A stretch of 64,000 bases of DNA from Catajapyx aquilonaris (Eukaryota). The stretch lies in assembly GCA_000934665.2 (NCBI GenBank), contig JYFJ02001576.1, forward strand, positions 1-64,000, read 5' to 3'. Positions within the stretch are counted from its first letter, which is position 1. Every line of letters begins with the position of its first letter. Positions 13,101-23,185 of the stretch are shown in pieces. Position numbers and translations under genes: made by a program. Under the pieces are notes generated by a model. It ran no database searches and had not been told where the DNA came from. It was given only the letters and a program-made list of their open reading frames with translations.

Positions 13101-16100
13101 CAAATCCATAGCTGAAGCAGGTTTCCCCGTGACCAACGATACATTCCTGCGAAATGTCGAGAAGCTAGTAAAGGAGTTGGGCGTCAACTTCAAAAGAAAT
13201 TCCAGCCCTGGGATAAAATGGTTGACCCTTTTTCAGAAATCCCACCCTGACCTGAGACTTAGAGTTAGCCTAAATTTAACGGCCATGAGACGAGCAGTGA
13301 CCCAAGAGGATATATGCTGCTGATTCCAGGACCTCAAAGAACAGAACATAAAAGACATGTGCAATGCAAGGGAGGAAAAAATCAATCGCATTCGTCTTCA
13401 ACAAGCTCGGACGGTGCTTATTCCCTGCAAGAATCTGGTACCTCAAAATTGCTAGATGAAGGCAGTGATGACTACGAGGTAATGGCCATAGGTGTTAGTC
13501 ATAATGATATGAATGGTGGTGACTTCATCCTCGCAGAGTTCAAGGGCCGAAAAGAGGCATGCCTCAGTGTTTGTACCTGTGCAGTATTCTAAAATTTTGA
13601 CCTGACCTGCCCTTGCATTTCGACCTGACCTGCATTGTTGTATTGCACTTTAATAGTATTGATGGAACAAAGAAACAGTTTGTGGCAAATGATGCAAGCA
13701 GAAGCTCCTAGTAGAAAATTATTACTTTCAACCAAATAATCAGGGAAGTAATGACACCCAAACATGTGAGCAGGGTTCTAAATTAGCCGGACGCCAGTCG
13801 CAATTTGTGACTTGAAGTTATCCATTGGCAACCAGATCTAGATGTCTAGTCGCCACTTTGGCAACAAGCTTTCCCTCCCAATGTCGTATTTCTGTCAAGT
13901 ATTAGGCCTACTAGGATTCTTGCCACATACAGCATTTTCAATTTATTTCCTGCTGACCCTCTTGAGACATATTGTACATGAATCATAAATTGGCAAAACA
14001 GTTTGTGCATTACATTGCAGAAAGCCTGTTTCTGTAAATCAGGGGCAAATTTAGTAAAGCACTACTTTGGAATTTTAGTTGATGGCTCAACTGATAATTC
14101 GGCAGTGGCATCTGAAATTATCAGATTGACTATTATAGGATATATTTGAATGTGAAGTGCAGTTATGGGCCCATTAGGGAATGTACCGCACTGTACATAC
14201 AGGGTGTATCTGAACTCAGTGCCCCGACGTATATGACTGCCTTCCTAGCCACCAGAGGATCGATTTAAGTATAGGAGTCATTATGTCTGGCCGCCGCATT
14301 ACAGAGATAATTGGCCGCAAACATGTAGTACAAAATATCCTGTCGGTTAGGCCACCCATCGAACCCTCCCCCAGTCAGAAGGCTCTGGAAGGTCTGGGGG
14401 CCGGACTTTGTTGGTTTGTTGCCCACAGGTGGTAAGGCCTCTTTGGCTAGTTACACCAGAAAATTATATGTAAAAGTCAGAAGGAGCGATTAGGCAAAAA
14501 TCGCTAAAGAGTGTATCTCAGTAATGAGGCTGCCCAGACATATGACTCCTATACTTAAATCGATCCTCTGGTGGCTAGGAAGGCAGTCATATACGTCTGT
14601 GCACTGAGTTCAGATACACCCTGTATAGTATACAGTATACAAGGAAGTATGCTTCCATTTATGTCTGTGGTGCCCAATTAACAATTGCTATTTAAAATGT
14701 GAGATTAAGAATAATAAAGTGTCATTGATGTGATTTGTCTATATAAAAAAGAGTACTTGGTAAAATGTGCTTCTCAACTGAAGAAGTTATTTGCCAAACG
14801 GCCCAACTACACAGGTAAATATTTTCAGGAGTGAGAAAAAACTGCATATAGGCCTTATGCGTAATTGATCCATGTAGTTTCGTGGTTTATGATGCTAATA
14901 GGGCACCGTGATACACACCTAGTGGCATAGATCTCATCTACTAGAAATCAATAGGTCAGTGTCTATTGTAGGTCAAAATCTTTGGCAACTGAACTCCCAC
15001 AGCAATGGTTCCTGTTGCAAATTTAAGTGGTACAGTCATGCCTGCCCATCTGAACACATCATATTCGTAAATTAGTGCTACAAAGAAAGGCTTGACAATT
15101 ACTATTTCCATCCAAGAGTATAGGAATCCATAATAAAACTGTTTTTAAAAAGCTGGGAGTTGGGCCCTTTGGCAACTGATGTCTTCAATTGTGAAACAAA
15201 TTAATGTTGACGCTATAGCCTCTACAATTCAGTTTGTGCTATGGAACAGTAATACCAAACAATTACGGCGACTAGACATCCAGTTTCAGATGCCATTGGC
15301 GACCTGCTCATGCATCTCACTGTCAGTTTCAAACACTGCTTGTGAGTGGAGACAGGGGAAGCTAGTACAGAAATCTATACCTGTAACAGAAATGTCACTT
15401 CTGGGCTGTTTGAATTTCCTTTGCTTTGTGTAGCTTTGCATTACATGTGGTCTTAAGTGTACATTTGTTTCATAATAATTTAAAGTGCAGTAACTTAACT
15501 TAGATTCATCACTTATGCAGTATTATTATTGTAATTGGAGAGTTATTCCTAATAGTCCAATAGCTGAATTACTCATAGGTTATGTTAACCCGACATGACT
15601 TCACTTACTCTTCCCTGCTGATATTGACACAACAGCAGTAAATATGAAAGGTGTAGAGTGTAGACCATAGACCTTGGAGCGTGGAGGAGACGCCGCATCC
15701 CCGTGTAAAAGAGAGAATCACCAATTGATGGAGTTACAAGCCGGGTTAGCAGGTAGCATACGGGCGTCTGAGCCGCTAACTGGCGACCAGGCATGTAACT
15801 AATTGCTCAGGAGGGCACCTTGTTGCCACTTTTAACCCTCCACCCCGATTTGCCCCCCGGGGCAAGCCAGCCAGCCCCGGTTCCTGTCCCTTTTCCCTCC
15901 AACCCACAGGTTAAAAGCGGCAACGAGGTACCATCCTGAGCAAATAGTTACAAGCCTGGTCGCCAGTTGGCGGCTCAGACGCCCGTACGCCATATGCTAA
16001 CCCAGCTTACAACTCCATCAATTGGTGATCCTCGCTTTTACATGGGGATGCAGCATCTCCTCCACGCTCTAAGGTCTATGGTGTAGACTACTGGAACATA

Positions 16101-19100
16101 CATCATTTTCGGTGTCGACTATTGGACTATTTACACACTTGCATATAACAATTTTCTATGCAAAACAATTTTCTATGCAAAATTACCCTGTAATGTGGAA
16201 CGAATATGCACTGGCTGAAAGAGCAAGCCTCGACAATTCAAGCAATATGATTTCCTCAATTATTCCCCTGGAAAGAGTGTCCAAGGTGTGATTTTCCCCC
16301 CTTAACTATTGGGATACTTACTTTAAATGCATTTTTGAGTCATTAACATGTAATAACTTTTATGTAGGGGTACCTTGAGACGTGAACATTATTTCAAGGA
16401 TTTCGCAAGTTGAGATAAAGGAGACAAAGTATTAGGATAGGTTAAGTTTAATAATTAGAGTGAATAAAATGAAACCATCCATGGTGTCTGGAGAGGATAC
16501 TGCTGAACATGGGCACTTGAACCTTCCACCTTAACAAGATGGTATCAATACCTCCTAAATGCATAGGTAAGAGTATGTGTGAGCATACCACATATAGCAC
16601 AGCTAATCCAAGATGGCATGTGCCATGTAGAGCATGCCCAAGCCGGATCTGTACATTAGGTACCTTCACACGAGTGCGAAATTCCTAGGAAAGCGCCTGG
16701 AAAGTTGAATTCCAGGTTTTGTCACCTGTCCAAATGGGACAGTACAAACTCGAAAAGTCTGCCCCAAGTTGGAAAACATTCCTAGTTGGAGAAAGTAGGA
16801 ATCTCACTCCAACATGGAAAGTGGGGTCACGTGACTTCTGAACCCATGCGGGTTTCCCCCCTCTCGTTGTTGTGTTACGCGGGTGGCGTGTTTCATCTGT
16901 TTTAACCTGGCTTGTATGGACGACTGTCACTGGGAAGTTGGAAATTACTTGGAATCTACTTTTAGTGGAATCTACTTTAATACCAACCATTTCCTAGGAA
17001 TTTCGTGCCCGTGTGAACGTACTTATTGTTATTCCATTTCTGATGACTAAGGGCAATAAAACCGCAGAAATCCCTAGTCTGAGAATGCTTAATGTGTACA
17101 ATGCCAGCTGCATAGCAAAGACAACCATCGTAAAATGGTGCCGGCGATTAAGAGATGGCAGACAATCCACAGCCGACCTTTTCCGACCGACCAGGCTCAG
17201 CCTGCAATCACACCTGTCATCATTGCGCATGTGGACCAGCTGATAAGGGAGGATCGTTGGGTGCATTAGGCATACTTGGCTTCCCTGGTCAGCCATAGTA
17301 ATGGTACAATGTTCACAATTGTCCATCATCACCTGGAATACCATAAGATTAGTGCAGTGGGTACTGAAGTGCCTCACTGTGGAGCAGGAGGAGCTGCACA
17401 TGGGATTGTCACTGAAATATCTTCTACGCCGGCACCATTCCACGACGATTATCTTGCCATGGAACTGGCACCATACCGGTACATCTTAAGTATCTTCAGA
17501 TGATGGATTTCCACGGTTCTATTGCTCTCGGCCATCAGAAATTGAATAACAATGTGCTGATCCTGCTTGGACACGCTTGACAGGGAGCACACCATCTTGA
17601 AATGGCTGTGGCAGCATGTACGGTATGCACACACACTCTTCTCTGTGCATTTAGGAGATATTGATACCATCTTTCTGTGATGAAATTTTCAAGTCACTGC
17701 TTCAGCAGTATCCAGACGCCACAAACAGGTTTTATTTGATTCACCCTAATATGTTTAGATAGAGTACATTGGACTAGATTAGTGAAGGACTGTAGGTCAA
17801 GGAATTCAAGTCTGAATAAAATTTTTAATTGGTCACCTGGCAGGCGTCAAGTGAGGAAATGATGGGAAGGTATCATGCCATCAACCTACTGCAAAAGTCC
17901 GTAAACAGTGATGGGAGAGAAATGGTCAACTCATGAAAATGTGAATAAAAATGGAGATGTTTCCCATGGATAAAATGTCACTTTTTCAAGATTTTCAATC
18001 TTTAAGTTGTATTTGGCAAAACCTTTTGGGCTCTGTCCCACATTGGAGAGCAAAATGTCTTACTAGCAAAAATACAGCCTTTGGCTATTATTACAAGCAT
18101 TTTTCAAAGATTTACTCCACAAAATGACTTTTTATACATTCCACACCTGCATGCAAGTTTGAATGGTGGTTTGGCAACAACCTTCAAAACACTGCCCAGT
18201 GCAGAATGCTACTCACCTACATATGCCCCAAGTTCCAGTAACTTCGCCTTAATGGCAGACTGTAGAATTAAAAAGGAACATTAATCATCTACAAAAGCAA
18301 AACAGCATTGCAATGCCTTTGTACACGTATAAATCGGTCTGTCTAGTGTCTACTCAGAACTCACTGTTGATGACAACACTGCCGTCCCAAGGAGGAACAC
18401 CTTATCTCCAAAACTAGTAAGGGTGAAGGTCACGTGCATGCCATGCACTACTCCTCTCAGGGCCAGGGTGGAATAGTGCAGGACATCCACATGACTTTCA
18501 GCCAGGGAGATAGGGTGTTTCTCCTTGGGATGGCAGATCAGGGGATAAACCATGGTCTTAGAATGGTAAGGTCTGGTCACTCCCCTCTTATCGCCTTTGG
18601 GGGGCTGACGGGGTGGTTTGCGACAGGTGGCCGCGAGAGTGCTTGTCTGTGGCGACCCTACGAGACTCCTCCGAACTTACGTAGAAAAGGAGCTCCATGA
18701 GCCCCATAGAATGAATATACTACTACACCCTTCGATGAGAGCTAATGGAGCTCCTCTTCTACGTAAGTTCAGAGGAGGCCGGTAGGGTCGCCACAGGTCT
18801 CGCGCCTGAAGACAAGCACTCTCGCGGCCACCTGCCGCAAACCACCCCATCAGCCCCCCAAAGGCGATAAGAGGCAATAAGAGGGGAGTGACCAGACTTT
18901 ACTATTCTAAGACCATGAGATAAACTAAAACTGCTGGCCAGTAACTTTTAATGGTCAGATCTTACAGGTCACTTTAAAAAATCAAGCAAGTCTGGTAGTG
19001 ATAGTGAGCAATGTTATCAACATGCATTCTTCTGATCTTCTGAATCTCACTTCATATCACTCCACAAGACTGCCTTTAGATACAGTGAGGTTATCATAGG

Positions 19101-19284
19101 CAAGATCAGATTCCAACAATCGAAAGACTGGACAGCAATGATGATGACGACGATGACGATGATGATGATAATAATGGGTAAAATTTTCATCCCACTGCTA
19201 GTTACTGATAACTTTGCAGTGAGCATTCCTAACACCGGTACTGCTAAGTTACCAGTAACTAGCAGTGGGACGAAAATTACACCA

Positions 19285-19364
<80 letters not shown>

Positions 19365-20139
19365 ACAATGGGTAGAATTTTCGTCCCAATGCTAGTTACT
19401 GCTAAGTTAGCAGTACCAGTGTTGGCACTGGCACTGGTAACTTAGCAGTAACTAGCAGGGGGTCGAAAATTCCACCCAATCTCTTATCAAATACCTCAAG
19501 TTTTTTTTGAGCTACAGTTGGCAATTATTGGAAAAAGTCAACATCTGGACCTACACGTAATTTACCTGCGCATTATTACTCAAACAAGTATGGATAACCA
19601 TCATCAGTCGTCCGACTTCAACCCGAAGACAATGGTTACCACGCCAACGATCACCATGACAACGATGACGACATTGATGTAGCCTCTTATCCAGAACCCT
19701 CAATCTTGGGAATAATGTGCTTTTACTGCATGCACCAGTATTAAAAGTTGGACATGGACCTATTCCTGGGATACACTAAGTAAACACCATTCTGATATTC
19801 GAACAATTCCAAATTCGAAAACCTGTCCAATCCCATGAGATTTGTGTCACTACATAATTTTTCCACATTCTACATAACTAAAATGAGCTTCACCTAACCC
19901 GATGTCCTATATCCTAACATTACTGTGAGACATGTTGTTCTCTAATTTCTCGAATGTCAGAAGTGAGGTCAAACTTCATTGCAGTTCTTCCCTCGAACAC
20001 TACCTGGCATCTAGTCAGTTAGGAGCGGCATTCCCTAACAGCGTCCAGTCGAAACCTGATCGGAATTGAAAACACGGAGTAAATTAGGAAAAAAACTCAC
20101 TCGAACTTTCTGGTTCACTTCAGTCTGAATCCCTGCCAT
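40..20139 (-). CDS. ZC3H14: Zinc finger CCCH domain-containing protein 14 / Nab2-like nuclear poly(A)-binding protein (5' part; continues beyond the left edge)
   Basis: Phase-consistent GT-AG exons: 20139-20101 (MAGIQTEVNQKVR), 18259-18217 (SAIKAKLLELGAYV), 10187-9523 (DDELPDYVMVMVANKKSKAQMDSDLRLFLGSNTDQFTSWL, PWI-like N-terminus typical of ZC3H14), 6747-6207 (ANKHLLLKAVAEA motif), 553-40 (first CCCH finger ERCKYWPACKQGDGCGYHHP, donor gtgagt at 39-34). Confidence 0.93.
1453..3189 (-). mobile_element. Internally deleted DNA transposon with a decayed hAT-like transposase C-terminus
   Basis: 14-bp TIR cagggtgaccacca; subterminal cagggaa repeats; TA on both flanks; frameshifted remnant ...RLDNFY...LFSHGNAFVE/ FSINKDMLTENLHEDSLVALRRAYD at about 1850-2290. 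Confidence 0.8.
2298..2654. mobile_element. hAT-type MITE
   Basis: TIR cagcagttcccaaa / tttgggaacccctg; perfect 8-bp TSD ctctatca at 2290-2297 and 2655-2662. Confidence 0.9.
3810..4080 (-). mobile_element. tRNA-derived SINE family B, embedded in an (AAT)n tract
   Basis: Minus-strand head tggcatagtggataagg...gggttcgaatccc; homologous to 61480-61739; (AAT)n on both sides (about 3752-3808 and 4083-4180). Confidence 0.8.
4770..4962 (-). mobile_element. Degenerate SINE related to the V-like SINE at 651
   Basis: Shared head ccttccac-tctgaggtc..agttc and body ttctcatgtgg...gttctctccat...gggttctccagtttcct. Boundaries approximate. Confidence 0.6.
5159..5938. mobile_element. Old fold-back Tc1/mariner-type MITE containing two younger palindromic MITEs (5350-5511 and 5514-5745)
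   Basis: Outer arms 5159-5347 and 5748-5938 are diverged inverted repeats (cagggtgtaactc / gagtaacatcctg). Inner elements cagtgctggccatatatcgaggc and caggcatggaaaaatcagg each have TIRs; TA at 5348, 5512 and 5746. Confidence 0.85.
6815..7501. mobile_element. PIF/Harbinger-type MITE
   Basis: TIR aggtgcgttcacatatacgcga at both ends; 3-bp TSD TAA at 6812-6814 and 7502-7504. Confidence 0.88.
8263..8449 (+). pseudogene. THAP zinc-finger first exon, probably a remnant of a THAP-encoding transposon (P or Harbinger/ISL2EU type)
   Basis: MPTTCLAYGC...HRFP...KWLAAIKR...VCRDHF is a C2CH THAP pattern; donor gtgagt at 8450; no downstream exon recognised. Confidence 0.75.
8712..9295. mobile_element. About 580-bp near-perfect fold-back element (Tc1/mariner-type right terminus)
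   Basis: Arms about 8712-8985 and 9023-9290 are reverse complements; right end caccctg|ta; left terminus eroded. Confidence 0.85.
12961..13323 (+). pseudogene. pogo/Tigger-like transposase N-terminal fragment (HTH_psq plus CENP-B-type HTH)
   Basis: KAAAKKHNV.RVTL, FTAEQE.LL.WV....EAGFPVT and PG.KWL.LF.K.HPDL motifs; no DDE domain follows. Confidence 0.75.
13771..14110 (+). mobile_element. hAT (ZNF862-like) transposon remnant
   Basis: Starts cagggttctaaattag; translated fragments KQFVHYIAESL and YFGILVDGSTDNS include the first catalytic Asp motif. Right boundary not determined. Confidence 0.55.
14200..14623. mobile_element. Tc1/mariner-type MITE with long TIRs
   Basis: Roughly 110-bp inverted arms starting cagggtgtatctgaactcagtgc; TA flanks. 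Confidence 0.88.
15666..16080. mobile_element. P-superfamily-like fold-back MITE, nested in a smaller TIR element (about 15551-16131)
   Basis: Termini catagacctt / aaggtctatg; perfect 8-bp TSD gtgtagac at 15658-15665 and 16081-16088; outer TIR aatagtccaatag / ctattggactatt. Confidence 0.85.
16455..17749. mobile_element. mariner-derived fold-back element made of two inverted 5' ends with decayed transposase N-termini
   Basis: Termini ttagagtgaataaaat / atttgattcaccctaa|ta. Plus-strand remnant VIPFLMTKG...IVKWCRRLRDGRQS...YHKISA/WVLKCLT; minus-strand remnant DQHIVIQFLMAESNRTVEIH. Confidence 0.8.
16659..17022. mobile_element. PIF/Harbinger-type MITE inserted in the mariner remnant
   Basis: TIR ggtaccttcacacgagtgcgaaattcctaggaaa / tttcctaggaatttcgtgcccgtgtgaacgtac; TTA flanks. 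Confidence 0.8.
18551..18917. mobile_element. P-like fold-back MITE
   Basis: catggtcttagaat / attctaagaccatg termini; arms about 150 bp; 8-bp TSD ggataaac / agataaac (7/8). Confidence 0.82.
19175..19478. repeat. Two tandem ~110-bp palindromic mini-elements separated by (AAT)n
   Basis: 19175-19284 and 19369-19478 both read gggtaraattttc...gctagttactg...cagtaactagc...gaaaatt...cc. Confidence 0.8.
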
Positions 20140-23100
20140 CTTGGATTGACTGACGTTCTGTTCCCGTGTTCCGTACCCTGCCGAACGTTCCGAAATCGGA
20201 GAAGAATCAGACAAATAATAGTATGTGGGTGGCGGGGTGGCAAGGGGGAAGGGGGTGCTCATATAGTGTAGCTTCTCACCGCCGATGCCTCCAGCTCCAC
20301 TAGTGTTGCAACGTGAAACATATGGAACTCTGCAATATTGTGAAATACTGCATATATTGTGAGATAGAGCATGTAGTATAGATCAAAAAGGTGGGAGTGT
20401 CATATATAATAGTGGTCGAATATCTTTGCGTCAATTTCAGAGTAGGAAACTGTGTAGAAAAGTAGGCACGTTGCACCTAGCGGGAGGAAGTGAAAGTACT
20501 AAATTCTGTGCGAAGGCATTTAGTCTTAGAACTGTATCGGGTCTGGTACTTCTTATGTCTATGTACGTGTTCCACATTTTTTTGCCACTGTGATTTACAT
20601 ATTGTTATATTTTAAAATGTGCAGGATATCACCATATTTTATTGGTATAAATGTGCGGAAATATATTTTATATGCTTGATGAAACTGCATGAAGCGTGGG
20701 GTATTCAAATCGGGGTTGGAATAAAGGTGCGTATACATGTGATGTGAGGGCGATAACAACTATTAACAACGCTGAGTAACCCGAGTCATGAACCCGAGTA
20801 ACCAGTATTGTTGGAGGCGAATATCGACTGTTACTTTCACCTCAAACAATATTGGTTACGTCACTCGGCGATGACTTCGCTTATTGTCAAATCATTGTAC
20901 GGTAAGTGCGGGTAGGTGGCTTTCCTTTCTTCCCTGACATAATGACTTTACCAGAATTTCACATCTCTGCTGATCGAAGTACTATAACTGTTCGTGAGGC
21001 ACAAAATACCGACTTGCCAAGCCTAAAAAAACACAGGGTAAGTGTTGAAGAGATATATATGATTTGGTGTTTTGCTCCATCGCCAGATACACATTGATGG
21101 GATACACCGGGATACATTACCTTTCCAATATAACACTGTATACCGTCCTGTGGATTCTTTCGAGAGAGCCTAGACCAACGGTTCTTAACCTTTACGTGCC
21201 TCGGCCACACCCCTTTGAAGGCAGCTGGTCCTTGTCGCAACACCTATACCAGGTCCAGGGGTGATTGATTAAGTTCATAGTTAGACTAAGTTCCCCCTCA
21301 AAAGGTATTATACCTTAGAAAGGGTAATAAATAATAATAATAGTTAGACTAAGTAAGTATATGTTCTAGAGAATTCAACTAGATTAGAGTAATTTCACCT
21401 TAGAGTATCGCAAAAAATCTACATCCAACAAGAATATGCTCCTTTCACACCATCCTGTACGTATCTATATTCCCCTCTGATGCCAACTTTTGCAATGATT
21501 GGGTGATTAATTGATTGAGAAAGAGCCAAAGCAATAATTAAGGATATCTGGCTATTAGAAGACACACAGATATGGGATAGTGGGATAAATAAGACAGGAA
21601 AGACTCTCGGGGTTGTTGGAGAAACACAAGCTTGCCTGCTGGTGGCAAAGGGAATGGACATTTCTAATACTGCGAACAGCACTCTCTGGAGATGCACCAT
21701 TGTATCATCGCATTGCGTAGCCTACTGCAAATGTTAGCGCAGAAGCAGGCATATGTAAACTTCTCTGGGATGGATTCAATATCGGTAGCAAATAAGATGC
21801 GCGGCGCAAGTTAATTGCAAATAATATATTATTATTCTTGCTATCGCTGCTCTCAACAAATTGTGCCGTTGCATATTGTTTGCACCCTACACAGGCCCGA
21901 CCCCAAGATCTTGGTGGGTGGGAGTCTTCCTTCGTCCCACACCGCTCCAGTTTGGAGAGCTTGGCAAAGGAGCAAGTATCTGGAGACTGCATATAGGCCT
22001 ACAGAAATATTGTAAAAAAAATTTTTTACCATATATGTTTGCATGTCTGCTTCAGCCTGTGAATTTATGTAGGGTGTTTCATAACGAGGTCATTATATTG
22101 CGCTGTTTTGGTCAAATTGAATTACTAGAATTCTGTGAAATACGCAGAACAGTTCTCAGGAATCTACCACTGAACCTGAAAAGGGTGCCACCACAGAAAC
22201 TGGTATTGTCTAGGGGTGCCACATAAAATAATATCCCTTAGCCAAAAAAAAAAAAAACTCGCAAGCAGGCGGACGCCAAGGCGATGGAAGTGTCATAGGC
22301 AGTATATTAGACGTAGTAGATGGTTTAATTCACTATTCGATTAATGCTAGACTAATTTTTAAGTAACGAGGCTACGGAGACCAAATGACACTTCCACAGA
22401 GTAGGCTATGGTGTTAGATAAACTTCGCCAGAAATGCTCTCCCAGTACTTTCTTGGCGTACTGTAATGGCTGCATGTATCAAGTTTTTTGGTAGTATAGT
22501 ATAATACAGTAGTATGAGCTACCCAGCTTTTTGTCATTGCAATAATTAATCTCCACTATCATCTAAAATACAATAAAACTCACCTTTTTGTCACTTACAT
22601 GCAACAAGTTGTCTAGATCCCATCATAATTGGTGAGTATATGCATATTGTAGGCTTACACATCATGATTACAATCCCTTACATCAGGCATTTTCAGCAGT
22701 AGCCTATACCGTATCCTGAATATCATCAGTGTTCGGGATATAGTTTCAAGACAAAGTAAAACAATTTCGTACACAATTCACTCACACACTGCATATTATA
22801 TTCCAACAGAAGAACCACTGCACACTAATAGCAAGCTGATACAAATATAAGGAAGGGAAGTATACATAAACGGGCAAAAAATATTTAAAGAACGCACAGA
22901 ATTCTGCCTTACAAAATAATGTCGACCCTCGAGACAAAATCCAGTTTCTGATCTGCAATATAATGCTAGGTACCATTTACACATGAGTGATACCGTAATT
23001 TGCATTTCGCACTCGTCTCTGGATTTTCGCGATATGTCGCTACACAAGAGTAATAGACTATTCCTAGACACTCTTACAATAAATACTAGCTTGCAATGGA

Positions 23101-23185
23101 AGAAAAGTAGGCAACTACACTTTAAAATGCATCTGAAGCTCCTGAAACAGCAGGTACACAAAAATTAAAGCATTTCCACTTTATA

